Positions 38,733 through 63,524 of a stretch of 64,000 nucleotides of DNA are shown in pieces. Origin of the DNA: Catajapyx aquilonaris (lineage: Eukaryota). Under the pieces are notes generated by a model. The model had not been told where the DNA came from. It searched no databases and saw only the letters and a list, made by a program, of their open reading frames with translations. Positions within the stretch are counted from its first letter, which is position 1, and every line of letters starts with the position of its first letter. The translations under genes were made by a program, and so were the position numbers. The DNA lies in contig KZ537963.1 in NCBI GenBank assembly GCA_000934665.2, positions 62,001 through 126,000 of the forward strand, given 5' to 3'.

Positions 38733-41700
38733 TCCGGAAGGTGCCACCAATCATCAAGGAAAGGAAATTAAAAAATCTGGTGGGTGCCAGTCAGTACCAT
38801 GAATTTAATTACAAATGCTGCTTACTTTAGTTTCCCCCCCCCCCCCCCTNCACCTTTCCAAATAAAAAAAAAAGTTCGCCAACGCCCCTGCAACACGCCA
38901 AAGTTATGGACTATAAATCACTTCATAGAGGTTTACTAGAGAGGACAAAACGTGACCTTTACACCACTGAATACCATATGTGGAGACACTCGTAACCTAG
39001 TGCATTAGCAAGTCATTGGGAGCTTGGATGTAATATTTACGACTCCCTGTACTCCACTTTCGTTGGGGTAACAGCCATGACTGCGACACTTGCTACGGTT
39101 ACTTTGGCTTCTGAATGCCATAAAAATTTCGTCACGCACGGTGCCTAAAGTAACATTACTTCTACACATACTACTCATCAGCGAAAAAAAAAAAACCCCA
39201 CTTCTCACAAAAATAACTCCAAATCATCTTCAAAACTATTTTTCTTCGCATTTTAATGGCCATTCCGCGTGCCAAGAAGTCCGCATCGCGTGTGTACAAT
39301 CTGCTTCTCTTGCATGTCATAAAGGTCTACATTTCCGGAAGCTAAGTCAAAACTACTTTGAACAAATAACAACCAATCCTAATAATTTATTCCCGTTTTA
39401 TTTTCACTTTAACAGCTGTTGGCATACAGTACTTCATACCCCCACAATTAATTCAACATTCATTAAATGAGGTTTAACCCACTTCAATAATAAACGGCTC
39501 TGGTTATCTAAAATATGCAAAAAGATCGGTACTATTAGTGTCCGCAAGCCGTGTAATGAACTACACTGTACAATATCGATCCGATGCTGCCGGCAAATTA
39601 GTTACGCCGTACAGATATTGACATATAAATTTTCTATAAAAAGACCTGCCGTAAATTTGCATAGAGACCCCTCGCTATAGATTTACAAGGGAATGAAAAC
39701 TCATTCGTGCCAAGAAAATCCCACGTTGGCTTCAATTTCCTCTTGGAAAACCCACTCTCTTATTCCCTCCCTAATTTGGCATCTGATCCCCCAGAGAGCC
39801 TCTTCTTTCTCCGGAAAAAAAAATAATAATCCGGGTCATGCCCCTAATTTAATTTCCACAGGAACACCTACAAGGTATACGAAGGCCCGAACTAGATCAT
39901 TCTTCGCACAAAAACCTCCTTAAATTTACAATAATTTCATTCAATTATTAGGCATGAAATATATTTATTTCCAGTCAAGGTGGCTCGACAGAATTATGGA
40001 GAAATTTAATTATTATTATTTTTACCTACACAGGCCCCACCCCCCAAAAAATGTCATGTGTCAACGTCGCCTAAAATGCAGCGCCTGTCATTCACTTTTT
40101 CTTCCAGGCAATTTTGTCCTGTGAGCATCCCCCCCTTCATCAGCGTACCCTCTCCCTGTGGGACCCTACATCAAAAGCCCCCGGATTTTCCGGGTAGACA
40201 CACCCCGTAAAGCCAGGTACTGCAGATCCAATTATGACTGGAAAATCCATGTTGACATAACTAGACTAGGCCTTGATATGGGGGGCCTAAAATAAACGTA
40301 TTGGTGGGTTTGAATTCCTTAATTAATGGTTTGGATCGCCTGATTTTTTTGGGAGATAATTTGATCCTTGAACTAGTTCTTCCCCTTTGAGAGGTGCCTG
40401 GAGAAAAGCCGTACAAATGAGCGCAATCTGCTACGTGACCTGGCTAAATCAAGGGAGGGATTGATTAAGTAACTTGGCCGGTTTTGTGAGGTTGCGTAAT
40501 AGTTCAAAATAATTTGGGCGGGTCAGGGGGTGAAACCTGCGCAATACTATCACAAAAATGCCTTTTTCATCTATTGAAATTGCTCACAGCAAAAAAATAC
40601 ATGCCATGTAGTTTATTACATGAGCTGATTGCACAGAACATTTAATCATACTGCGAGATTACGCACCTGACTAAATAGTGTGGGTGGCAGTAAGCACAAC
40701 AGTAACTTGAATAATAAATTAGTAATTGTGCAAACATTATAGATGTAATGACGTGACTGAGATAAAATTATACCGCAGCTAGCATATAATGCGGCTCCCA
40801 TGGTGCCAAAATAACTTATAATCTATTCCTGACGCAATTCGTGTTTGCACTAAAGTTTCATTGATTATTAAAGTCCTACCCTCTGGATATACAGGTGCTG
40901 TAATTAAGCCACCTTCGCACATTGCATATTACTGTTGACTCAGGATAACTGCTTAATAAGCACTTTATTGTCATATTTTAGCTTAGATTAACTCCGCTAT
41001 TGTTATTGTTATTATTCGGGCGAGCATGCGTAACATCAGAAAGTTCAAAGCGGTTCAAAGAGCAAGAAGATCTGAGCATGCAAAACAGGTCTCGCGATCT
41101 GAATAATTGGGCCTATATATGTGTCTAAAATCGAATTGTCGCTCAAGTCGTGCGGGCTACATACTAACTCATCCGGTTGCCAAAATCGAATTAAAGGCCC
41201 CTCCCCAGCCTCTAACTCCGGATATTCTAAATTCACCCTCCGTACATCCCACCACTCACTTTATCTTACTTCCAGAAAACCTTCCCTCGCCAAACTCTCG
41301 CAGAGCAATTGAATTTTACGAGCTGGACCTGAATATTGGGTCTGACCTTTTCACAGAGAGAGAAAACACTTCCTTTATTTATCTATCCTCCCACGAAAAC
41401 ATCGGGAGTCCCAACCTTAACTAGATCAACATGCAAGTTGTCTCAGGTGCTGCATAAATTGTATGAAATCAATTTTACGTCAATATAACTCGTTTTTTTT
41501 CATAGCACCAATGACTTGTCATATGTACGTGACGGATCATGCTGCATTAAACATAAGGACATATCCAGGTTACAAACCGTCCTTGAAAACACTTCGAGAC
41601 GGAAATCCCCACGCAGTTTATCGAATCGGCCAATTAGTATCCGTTGCATGCGCCTCCTGGCAGCGAGCCGTACCATACAATTTTGAAGGTGTACGGAAGT

Positions 41701-43318
41701 CAGTCACGAAATAACTAACTCACCTTGTATAGGCTACGAGTAAATCCTATAAGAAACTTCCCAAGAGCATCAAAATATCCTTGCTCAGGGTCACGTTCCG
41801 ACTCGGTTACCACCGAATATACATCACACTAAAACCAGGCCAAAGGCTGCCACTCTTCTTCTTCTTTTCGTGTAACCTGCCGCATTTTTTTATAAAAAAG
41901 GAGGTTCCCACAGGAGTCGCTTTATGCTTCCAGAGTTTCTTACAAAGTGAATTGCAGAGGGGGGGCTAGAATCATAGTCTGGCCAAAATGCAAACTATGT
42001 CCAAAGATTCTCGGAGAATCCTCCGGGAAATCAAGCCCTAGTTTCTGCAAATGCAAGGGGCATAACTTTACACCCTGCCCTCAAATTCATCTTCTTGCCG
42101 CAGTGTTACAAGATTTAAGCGTTTTAATAAAATCTTGCCACCACAAAATTTCTGTAACACTGCGACGCCAAAAAAAAAAAAAAAAGGTCTTAAGTTTATT
42201 CGCAAATAAAACTTGATCGGCCTTCGACGGATCTGATTTCGGGGAGTTGCATAACAACTGTTATACCAGGAACAATTTACCTCCCGGAGAGTTTGGAGGT
42301 ACAATATTCATTGAGGAAATATCGACTGAAATCTCATTCCAAGCACAAGTGCGTGTTAAAATCTGCTACATCAATTTTCCGCCCCAGGTACTTTTTCAAT
42401 CTCAATTGAAGAAGAAGAAAAAATTGCACGTGACCTTTACACCTGTTGGGCATCAGATTCCTCCAAATCAATAATCCTCAGCAAAAATCTTCAAGGTGGC
42501 TGCCAAATTTGCGCACAAAATTTATCAAGCTCAACATTTTCGCAATAATTGTTTTTTTTTTTCCCAGCCAAGTCCTGGCTGCTGCAAAAATGCTATTTCC
42601 TCTCCCTGATAAACTGATGATGATGGCTTGCCCCGTCACCTAAATTCTCTCCTGTGGATAAATTCAAAGAGATAAGCGAGTTCGTGCCCATCATCCCGAT
42701 ATCATCGATCATTGTTACAACCCGGATAGAACAGCAGAAAATAAAGTACGATCATTTGGCCCACACTTCATGTCAAAAAAGTTTTTGGGTCAGTCTATTT
42801 ATGCTCCGGTAATGCAAACATACTGTACTATTATACACTTGTTTTCCTGCCAATTTTTTTCTCTCAAACCCGCTCACATGATGGTTAAAATTGCATTTCG
42901 TATATTCCCTCTTGTGATTACAGTACCTACTATGCAATATGAATCATCAGCAGGGCCGGTATTGCTCTTGGGTAAAAGAGAGCCGCGTACATGTGGTGTG
43001 GGCTTGCAATAATTTGACGTGAAATATTTCCTAGCTTCCGTCATGTGGAAATGTCACGCTCGAATTGCGACGCCTTGACCTGCTGTGCATTGCACAACAA
43101 ATGTGGTATACAGTTGAGACCATTTCCTGAATTAAATATTTGCTGTCCATCATCATAATCACATTTGAATAATTTATATACGTTATACGATAGGTTGAAT
43201 ATTACTTATTTGCTCATTTTTTTTCTTATAAAAATCATTAAATTGACATGAGACAATTTTGTCGAGAGTTCTGTATCCAAAATCACTGTGCTTGCATATC
43301 GCTCTCCTAATAGGCCTA

Positions 43319-43521
43319 TTCTCTCCGACTGATGTCTGATAGTACCACTACCTCTCGCACGACCTGAGGGTAGCGGGAATGTGCAGAGAGAAATGCGCCA
43401 TCTACCCGTGAAAAAGATCACTACGTGGTAAATCGGCGGGCCATCTCATAAAAGTTGTTTTAATGTCACTGTGATACTGATTATAGGTTTTGTCGAATTT
43501 TGGCAACGGGTTCACTAGTTA
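43319..43521 (+). repeat. Dispersed repeat / transposon end, copy A (inverted partner at 48022-48234)
   Basis: TTCTCTCCG..TCTGATAGTACC.CTA.CTCTCGCACGACCTGAGGGT...GCGCCATCTA...ACTACGTGGTAAATCGG aligns with the reverse complement of 48022-48234. Confidence 0.85.
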
Positions 43522-44302
43522 AACTGCTGATAGGCTCCTTTTTGAGCCAGATTTTCCATGATGATGCTCGTTACTCGTGGCAGATTGAGGCAGCCCGTCA
43601 ATCTCTGAATATGTTGATCCAGCAAGGTATGAGCTTCTCCTTACAAGGCTTCTGCCTCCTTCAAAAAGTTCCTAATCAACTCCAGCAGAAAATTACAGCT
43701 GATTCGAACCCAGATCGATACGCAAACATGGAGGTCACGCGCGCAACAAGACTGTTCCTCTTCAAGAATTCTTCTTCCTTCCTTTTTTTTTTTTAACCCC
43801 CCGAGAGAGGAAGAACTGACAAGCCTCATTAAAATATGGAGACAGATATCTTCAAAGGGCATGCCTGGAAAACTGCAAAAAGCAGCATGCCTTGCAGCCG
43901 CGCAAATTGAATACGTTTCCAAAACTTGCCTTTGAAACGTTAATGATGTTCCCCGGCTTTTGAAGACTTGGTTGCGTAACGTTTCCTTTTTCAGATGGGG
44001 ACCTGCTCTATACAATAACATCATTTACCTGTCATATTCAGCAGCATTTTGTACAGATGAATGGACAAGCCAAGCTTCAGAATTGTTGGCAGCAATTACG
44101 AGCCTTCCTGCGCAAATGTGATGTACTTTACGAGTGAAGTGCTCTCCGTCACAATGTATAATGTTCTCAGCAACATTTACTGGCGGTATATATTACTCTC
44201 CGTGCCAGTCTATAGAGCAGCCCAGTTCTGTGGGTAATTTTCCGCTACACCTCATTTGTTGGCGCATTACCGCAACTCGCTGTACACCAGGCTGAGCATG
44301 TA

Positions 44303-44486
44303 CAGGGTGATGCACTACCCAAGTCCACATTAAGTCTGAAAAAAAATATTAATTCAGCCCAGATGATAGCAACAGACGAGACCCAACCAGGGCCAGGTTG
44401 CTGTTTCTCTTAAAACTGGTTGCTGGCTCGAACAATCTAATTTCACCCAACTTTTATGTCCGGATTTGGGGAAGTGCACCACCCTG
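44303..44486. mobile_element. Tc1/mariner-type MITE (CAGGGTG termini)
   Basis: CAGGGTGATGCACTACCCAAGTCC ... GGATTTGGGGAAGTGCACCACCCTG; TA on both flanks. Confidence 0.8.
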
Positions 44487-47400
44487 TACCATTCTTGGTA
44501 AATGTGTATTTTATGAGAACGTAGCCCTTGTTAATAACTGAACCACCAGACGCCTCATCATAATCAGGATTCACTTAGGCAAAAAGGCCATATTACTAAA
44601 GAACAGTCCATAAAATTACTTCTACGCACATAACCTGGATTAATCGGTCGACTCGGCTTTACACGTTTCTTTGAAGTGAATTTGAACAATTTTTTTTGCA
44701 AACAGTAGAACCAAAGCCTCGCAGGCACACATCCAGTATAATTTCAGCTGTTTCACTAAATAATTCCCTTTGTAAAACATGCAAAAAAAATGCACAAAAA
44801 GGTAGGCTAATTGCGCCGATTGAGCAACCCACAAAAAAAAAGAGAGGTGTCCACGGTGCAAATGGAAATTGTCAACGGCGTGAAATCGTTGTGACGCGAA
44901 ATGCCACGGCCATTCATAATTGCATGAAAACACTCCGGTCGCCCATATTGGCTCCAAAAATGGGGCCCTGACATTTTGCTAATCAAAGTGTATTGGCCTG
45001 AAATCCTATACTCTCGAAAACCCAGTCCCAAGTGGGCAACCTTTTCGACAAACCAACCCACGCAAAAACCACCGGATCGATGTCCCGAATAAAACAGCTC
45101 TATATAGTATATGTCCCCCAGTAATTTCATCCCGCGTGGCCATATATTCACATGAAAACGAAGGTCGAGGAGAAACCCTCCAAAAAAAATTATAAAGGAT
45201 GTGCTTCCGCTGGATCTATTTCCAAGCTTGTGGGGTCGCCATCACGAAACGCTTTTATAAATACCTGCGGATAATTCAAGGGCAAGACAGATCAATGGTA
45301 TTATCAGTGGGGGGGCTCAATTATCACTTTCTCATAATAATTTTCGTCCTGTAAAATATGGCAAAAACACCGTTTGCGACAAAATATTTCTGCAGTGGAA
45401 ACAGTAACGAAATGTATCAAATACGTCTGAATAATTTTCGTCCGATTTGATACATTTCGTTGCTACATTACAAATGTTAAGTGTTACAGCCTCCTTGGAT
45501 TCAATTGGCTCGTGAAAATGGTCCTGAATGTTCAAGTGGGGCCGAAAGTGGCCTAAAACAAACTTCAGATCTTGGCCACGTAATTAACTCCAAACTTCAC
45601 GCTTTTTTTATTATTAAATTATTTACCTTCCCGAAGTTCATTTGGAGCGAGGAAGTAGAGCTATTCATCATTTATGCTCTGTTGGACTTCCCCTTTTTTC
45701 TAGTTCCAACATTCCTTGAATAGTGTATGATCCTGGGCGTGTAATTTAGGATGACAAAGGTGCATTTTTCACTGCGCATCTGTTGCTGCTGCAACACTAA
45801 ATATTTAGCATAGCGCGTTCATCATTTAAAAATTTAGATGGCTTTATGTAACCGCTGTTGTTGTGCTGTTTATAATGTTACTGGTTGTATAATATGACCA
45901 GCAGGATTCGTGGCCTTCAACTTGAAAATGTCGGATGAAATACTGCAGCCTAATGTCTCATTAACATAATGCAGCACATATCAAAGGCCCATTCTTTCAG
46001 GCTTTACACCTTTTGTTTTAAGATCCTTTCACCGAGGTTGAAAAAAAAAATTGTACAGGGTACAAGGTGCAGGCCTATATGCTTCAATCCCCCTGAGGGC
46101 GGAAAAGGAGTTTAAACTTTTTTCTTCTTCTTTTCTTGAGACGCTTCCAACAAGGCGGAATTCACATTACGTTCGCAGCATTTGGTATACTAAAAGGTTA
46201 AACTTTCGGTGCCTGAGAGGCGGCGAAAGAGCCTGGAAAAACACGGGGAAGAGGAGCAAATTACACTGCACACAAGTTGGCACATCATATAACAAGAGCG
46301 ACCATTAATTTTGTTTCCATAGTTTACTTTCCACTAGCCTATTAATTAAAATGTAACATTTGTAAGCTGATTGCTACCAGAATAAGTCCTATTCTCCGTA
46401 AGGTGGTCTTTATAGACTATGCTGGACCGTATGTATGCGGCTTCAGAGCACAAATTGGAGCATTGTTTAAGCTTAAAGCTGCTGTAAGCCCCTTTTCTAT
46501 ATAACCAGAGAAGCAACAGTTTGTACTGAACAAACTTGACAAATCACACTGTACTTTAGACATGAGCCGCGCATCGTCTTGTTGGTCCAGGATTTCCCCG
46601 AGACATCCTTGTCCTATTAATTCGTAGTCGATATATTGACTTCGCTTTCTTGCCAAGCAAGTTCGAAAATCGACATCAGGTTCGTCTGGCCATATATCCT
46701 CTTATTCGTACCCTTGCGCACCCAATTAGACACTGTAATCCAATAGGAGTTTTCGGAAATAAATTAAGCCCAGGGCCTTAATTCGGTTGGCAGCAGGGCA
46801 GAAAATCCAATTTCCCACACCCGCGGACCCTTCGCTGCTTTAAGTCTCTATATAAGACAATCCAGACAATGTTGCATGATACCATTTCACACAATCTTAT
46901 ATCAAGACTAGCAGAGTGATTGATAAATAAATGTGCTACAATTTCCGCAGAGGAGACACCAATCATCATAAACCAAAAAGAAATCCTAAATTTTGGGTAT
47001 TTAGACTTATAAAAAGTGCAGTGTTCTCACTTTTCCCTGGTCAACAACAAGTTTCAGCACTCTCCGGCGCTCTCCGGAATCCGGAAGTGGGTCAGGTCAT
47101 GCATAAATACAAACAAACTTTCAGATTTATATATGTCGCAAAATTTCGGGGAGAAAATATTCCATTTTAGACGCAGGGATGGACCACCTCCCGCGAGAAG
47201 CTTCTTACTAATTTACACCCACTTAGTTCCTAGTTACAAAGCCGCAGTTCATTACGCTTTAGCTATTAATGAAAGGGGGTCTGGCCTTTTCGACCATTAC
47301 TTGTGTGTTGTCACTGCATAGTGCACGGCTCCTGTTTACCTCAAATTACCACTGCGGATTTACTAAGGCCTTCAAAGCACACCTTGAATCCAAATTAAGC

Positions 47401-48021
47401 CTGAGCGACCAATCTGAAATGTCACATGCGATGACAGCCAGTGACAGCCCAATAATGTGGGATGACAAGTGATGAAAAAAACATATTAAAAAGGCTTGAA
47501 TGCCATTATAGATTTTTCGAAGCATTCCGGTGAAATAGTCAGCTCAAAAACGTACTTGCTATACAGGTGCACATACTACACAAAGAGTGACCGCAACCTT
47601 GACAACCATTACGAAATCCTTGGTCGCAGGCGAGATCGATTATCAGGCCAGCAATGAAACTTTAAGCCTCGTTCATCAACTCGCCCGTGGGCAACTCGCA
47701 TGCCGCTCGTTAATTACAAAAACCTCGACATGACCTACCTCATATACAAGGTGAGTGACGGCTCTTTTTTTTCACCATTTCCCAACAAAGCTTGTGTATG
47801 CAATATCTATGTTGGTACTCAGCATCAGGGGGATTTTACAGGCTATGATTTGGGCATGATGGCGTGAAACCGCACCATTTGTGATCACGTACGTGTGCAG
47901 TATACTGTGAAGAGTAATTCGATTCCGGATTATTTGGGGTCGCTCCAATGCCACGCCGGTTGTATCTATGCCTCGCAGAAATTGTGCCACTTTTCGCGAT
48001 ATTGCTGGGCTCAATTATTCA

Positions 48022-48234
48022 GTAACCAGAGAACTCGGTGCCAAAATTGGGCAAAAGCCATGATCAGCATGGCAGTGACAATTAAAGCATTTAATGAGAT
48101 GGTCCACCGATTTACCACGTAGTACTCTTCTTCAGGCATAGATGGCGCAGCCTCCCTCTGCATACCCCCGCCACCCTCAGGTCGTGCGAGAGATAGGGGT
48201 ACTATCAGATCGGACAAACATCCGACGGAGAGAA
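48022..48234 (-). repeat. Dispersed repeat / transposon end, copy B
   Basis: Reverse complement aligns with 43319-43521; ends CGGAGAGAA followed by TA. Confidence 0.85.
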
Positions 48235-50689
48235 TACTACATAAGTAGACATACTAGGCACCAACTTGCCAAAACTTGACAAAAAATTTGGCAAAAGTGC
48301 CAAGATGAAGAGGGGGGGGGGCAGCAGAATCGAAGCGACATCCGACAGTGAAGTGCAAAAGTAAGCGAGTCGCCACCCAGGAGGTGGCGCCCGGAACGGC
48401 GGAAATGGGAATTCCGTGGGACGGCCGCGGTCGGCTTTATTTTTATTTTTTTGCGTTTTTTGAGTTTTACAAAGTCCCTCGGCACCGTTTCCAATAAACA
48501 AAAGTGGCTTGCAAATACAGAAAACACGGGAAAATTTTTGCCACCACTACCAAAGTTGCAGACCGTACGGTGCGGGAGGAGTTATGGGAACAGTCGGCTT
48601 TTAATAATATAGAGTAGGCTACTCCCGTATACAGAAGCCAATAAGCAATAACAATGTCTCCTCATAAGAACCACTCTTCATCCTAACATGCCCGCAACCC
48701 AACCGCTTCTCCTGTGCTGCTGGCACCATAATTTACAGGCTCAAACCGCAGTTTGCATTTTTGGAAAATATTTTTGGGCCTCAGCCATCCCCCACAGCAG
48801 GTGCGCAAAACACAAAATTGCACTGCATTATCAGTCCGCAAAATTCAATTTAGTCGCACTCCCTCGACGCAAGGGCCTTAATCCCCAAGAGAACCCGGCT
48901 ACAAAGATTGATCGCCATGGGCCTGGAATGCAAATGAGGCCTGGTCTGCTGTCCCCCTAAAAATGTACAGGATGTCGGGTATGCCAACACTTTATCAGTG
49001 TACAAGGTGTGCCGTATATTCCTGCAGGCACAGCCCCAATCACTGCAGTTTCATTTGATTGTCCTGAGAGTTCACTACCATCATGAGGACCAAGGGTCCA
49101 TTTTATCATGTCCACCGGTTTTTTTTTTCCTGTCTCTCTCTCAGGCCCTTTTGTTGGAAGCGACTGTACAGGCTTTTGTGTAGTGGTCACCCCGGACGTG
49201 ATAAATCCTCAGGAGGACGCAGCCTGCATGCGGTTTTGGGCTTTTCTCCCCGGAAACTCTGCCCCTGATAATATCCCCATGTGCATAATACAGCGTTCAA
49301 GACGCTGCAATGTGGCCTACCGGTTTATACGTGAGAAGCTTGAGCAAACTCAGGCTGTTATATGATAACACAAGCTTTTTGGCAGATGTTATGGGCCAGC
49401 GGTGGAAACGTTGCGCATCTGATCATTTGGAGAAAACCTATGGGAAATATGGGCAAGATTACAGGAGGCTCCAGAGACCAGGCAGGTGTTGTAGGCTTCC
49501 AGAAAGTGATAATGGAACAGGAAAGTGTAGGGCAATAAATCAGTCCATTATTGTCATTTTTGAGGAATTGATCTTTTAGAGGTGATTTGAACTTGCTGTT
49601 CAGAAGTAGAAATATTTCATAAAAATAAATGATCGCGCAACTTCGCACAGTGTGTCAAATTGAACAATGCAATGGGAAACCAATCATTCACACCGATTAG
49701 TTGGCAATTTGCCTTTAAAAAATTGTTCATTTCCATCAAAATTAAATAACGATTCTGTTACACTTGTTGTGCAAATTATTTTCGAGATCAAAATCATATT
49801 CGCTCTATATCGCTCGGTTTATTCCGCCTCTTTGGGCCTAAATGTGGGTACATTTGCATTGTCTGAGCTACACCATTACCATACCTAAAACAAAGAAATG
49901 TCGTTGGTATGTCGCACAGTTCACTATCTATTAACTGGTACATCGAAGTCAATAATTCACGTTGATGACGACGCAACAATTATTTCCACATTATCCCCTA
50001 TGGAGCCAATCTCAAGAAATATAAATCCGAAATTGATAAAAACCGGACATAATTATGTAAAACGATAAAAATGAACATGGCATTACAGTACACTTCAATA
50101 ACAATTTAAATGCTTTAATTCTACACAGTCCACTCCCCCATTTTCCTCATTTGCAAAACTGTAAAACGCGGATAATAACCTCCGTACCGCAAGCGAGTGA
50201 CTGTACACTGCAGTAATATATGGCTACAAGGCCCCTCACCCCGGTCGTTAAGTTACTGCAGTGCCCCCGAAAAGGTCACTCCATTAGCATCCTCCAAAGG
50301 CAAGGTTGAGAACCCCCAGGAAATCAGGCCCTGTCCAGAGATCCGGAACAGTTTGTACATCTAAGTGAATCCGCATCAAATATACGCTGCAGCTTCGGTG
50401 GGGGGGGAAAAAAAGGGTGTAACGTCAGACCCGGTTTTATTACTTGGGCCGGGCAATTCCCATCTAATGGAGATAGAGATCGGCTCAAATGCGGTACGTG
50501 CAAATGGCTAGGACGTGAAAACAAAGCTCAGAGTGTTCAAACACTGTGCCCTTGATTGAAACTGCCTGCAATGCAAGCACTGGCAAGAGAGTAATGAGCG
50601 AAAGAAAAATGTTTCTTACATCAACAAAGCCTGGAGCAAACTTTCAATCATTGACACCGGAACTTATTACACAGACAATACCTGGCTCT

Positions 50690-50692
<3 letters not shown>

Positions 50693-50724
<32 letters not shown>
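50693..50724. repeat. (CA)n microsatellite
   Basis: Directly visible. Confidence 0.95.
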
Positions 50725-50729
<5 letters not shown>

Positions 50730-53561
50730 GCAATCAACCTTTTCATTTATTATTGCCGCCTGATCCTGCAACAGTGGATGGCCATTTTCTCCTCCTACAC
50801 AAGCCTTCAGGGCTTCCATTATAACGAGAGAGAGCATTGTTGCTTTAGTCTGCTGGATAATAGATGAACGGGGCCTTTCTCCTGGAGCTTTATCTCATCC
50901 CACTCGTGGCCCGACCAGCTTCAAAAAGGACACATCGATTATATTATTCTGAGGGAAGGTGCATTTCAGGCGGAAGATGGGAAGAAAAAAAAGGAAGAGT
51001 GGAAATGGTAGTCACCTGCTCTTTTTCATCTCCGCTTCTTTGTGCGGTGTTGATCTATCCGCTGAGGGAATTTTTTTGGGGGGGCTGAACTAAAAAGAGC
51101 TGTGGGCAACCTCACTGAAAACTGCTTTTTGTGCCATGGTTCCAACTATCAAGGATGATGATTAAATTATTATGACAGGAAATGTGCCCACCGCAGGTAC
51201 TGACGGACAAACCAGAGTTTTAATCTCATGCCGGTTCCGCATTATGTAAAGTATTAAAGGTCAGATGCGTTGTGATGGAGCGGAATGGCAGATGGTATCT
51301 GTCGGGTTATCAATCACTTACGTAAATTGGAATCAAAATTGCAGAGTGGGGGCATGTCCCATTTTCCTAATGGGTGAATCTCATCAGCCAAAAAAATCAC
51401 AAATTGGGCACCAATTCCCCCAGGAGCCGGCATACATATCCAGATCTGGGATAATCAATTCCACTTCGATTGCATTGCTTAACTTCTCATGGGAATTGTT
51501 TTGGGTGGTGATCAACTCCAGAAACTTTTCAAAAAAAATAAATAAAGCAAAACTCTTATCACGGCATACCAGAGAAAAATTTTGGCTGTCACACTCTAAT
51601 CAGATTTTCTGACAGGTTACGAAACTTGGGTCCTGAAAAAGGAAACAAAATTCTCCAAGGACCTAGCTTGCTTCGGCTGCCCTGAACCAAGCGGATGGGA
51701 ACATGAAAGTCTGTGAACTACACCTCCCTTCAGATCTGTCAGTCAGACAAATAGCGCAGGGGAGGACCAGCATCCAAGACCAATACATGCTTTTGCTGGC
51801 CCCATTTTTTTCCCCCTTTTAGGAAAAAAGAAAAAGTGGAGATACACTGAGAGAGCCAGCTTTGATTTCCCCCGAGCCATAAGTGCAACCGGAACCTGTA
51901 GGCGTCCCTGATATTGGAACTTACTTCTCGGATTGTGCATGTCACAACATGGCAGAAAAGTGAAGCCCGAATGGCACCGTACACATTTCACAAGAAAATG
52001 ATCGCAGTTGCAGTCGAATACAACATGCAAGAGAAAAATCAATTGAAGATAATTCTACATATCCTTACAATTTAGTATGTAGACTTATCTCCTTGAAATC
52101 AATAATTAGTACAGTGATGGAAATTAATGGATATCCACAATTATCCATTATCCCCATTGATTCAATATGTAGCAATCACCTAATAGACTGTAATTTCGCA
52201 TTTCATTTTTATCATTAATTTTTTTCCCCTTCCTATTACACAAAATGCATTCTGCTGCAACTGTCATCAGACCCTGCCACTTACTTTTATGCTGAGGAAG
52301 CTCCAAGGAATTTTCAACAGATTCTACGGCATCCTCCCCCAACTCTGACGTCTCCGCCTCCATCGCTCTTACACTTTACGCTTCCCAATGTATCATTTCC
52401 TCACTAATAAGCCGCTATCTGCAAAAAAAACATAAAAAAACACAGGTTAACAACTGTATTATTATTATTATGGGAACTAATGCTGTATGTACTATTAGAC
52501 ATATTTTGCGTGGCCTGACCAGTCACCAAAAGATATTGAGATGGCCCGGTGTACCCCATTATGGGATTAATGCCATGATGTAATGAATGAATGATTGGAC
52601 ATACCGGTATGGAAAATACTGAATGTAACATTATAAATGTACAGTACCATGCTATGTCATGCAGTGCATAACCCCGGATTTACTGATAAGTGATAACACA
52701 TGTGATAACGTCCGCATGTTATCAGCTCATCATGCAACTGCAATATCCATACTAATTAATGCCCAGTGTGCGCGCCACACAATGCCAACGTGGCCACAAC
52801 CTCGTGCATGTTACTACGTCTTTTCCCTTCACTTTCTCCCCCTCCACCTGGACCGTACCTGATCTCCTCCCAGCATCCGTCCCCAGCAGCTCCTCCTCCT
52901 CCCAGCCCGACTCCTCGCAGCTGACTGCCAGTGACACAACACCGCTCACGTCGCATCACCGCCCCGACAATGCATCTCGCCGGGGAGGCGCCATTTCACA
53001 TAAACGGAGAGGCGCCATTCTGCGCACCGGAGAGGCGCCATTTGTTACACTTGGGTTACCACGAAGGTTACACTGGGTTTTCTTTTTTTCAAAAATAAAC
53101 CACGGATTAGAGTACTGACGCAATTGATTGGCATGTCCATCTCCAGAAAAATCATTTCTAAACTATAAACCGTGGAATAATTGAATATTACGTCTACGAC
53201 TCGGGTGAAATCGCTGCCTCGGTCCCATCATGTCCCCTGCTGGTGGCAGTGGTCCACTACACACACTCAAATTCAAAAAGTCGACAACCTAAGCAAAAAC
53301 GCAAATGACAACAAGAAATAGGTGAATAATTTATTCGTTACAGGTCATAATTGGGGGGGGGGGGGNGGGGGGGGGTGGAATAAGTAAATGAAACACCAAA
53401 TATCTGTGGGGAATGTAATCTTTGCCTGATGGGAAGCTTACAAAACCTACCACTGGTTGTCATGTCTGAAAAACTAACGTGGTAAGTTTCTACACTTTGG
53501 AGCGTGCTGTTGTCTTGTACATTTTTTTTCCTTGCTTCCTTGCCTCTTCTCAGCAGCATCC

Positions 53562-63524
<9,963 letters not shown>

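Noticed and set aside
39005..39208. ORF upstream of TMCO4 as a first coding exon
   Set aside because: The ATG-initiated frames reach the only obvious donor (GTAAAT) in phase 0 or 2, not the phase 1 required; it may be a 5' UTR exon or uORF but is unsupported.
48250..48615. Possible Helentron/HINE-like element (ACTAG start, TAATAATATAGA end)
   Set aside because: Only generic terminal resemblance, with no second copy in the window to define the boundaries.
52752..53118. Gly-rich ORFs downstream of the helicase as an extra RGG exon
   Set aside because: No convincing in-frame splice acceptor; more likely 3' UTR or non-coding.
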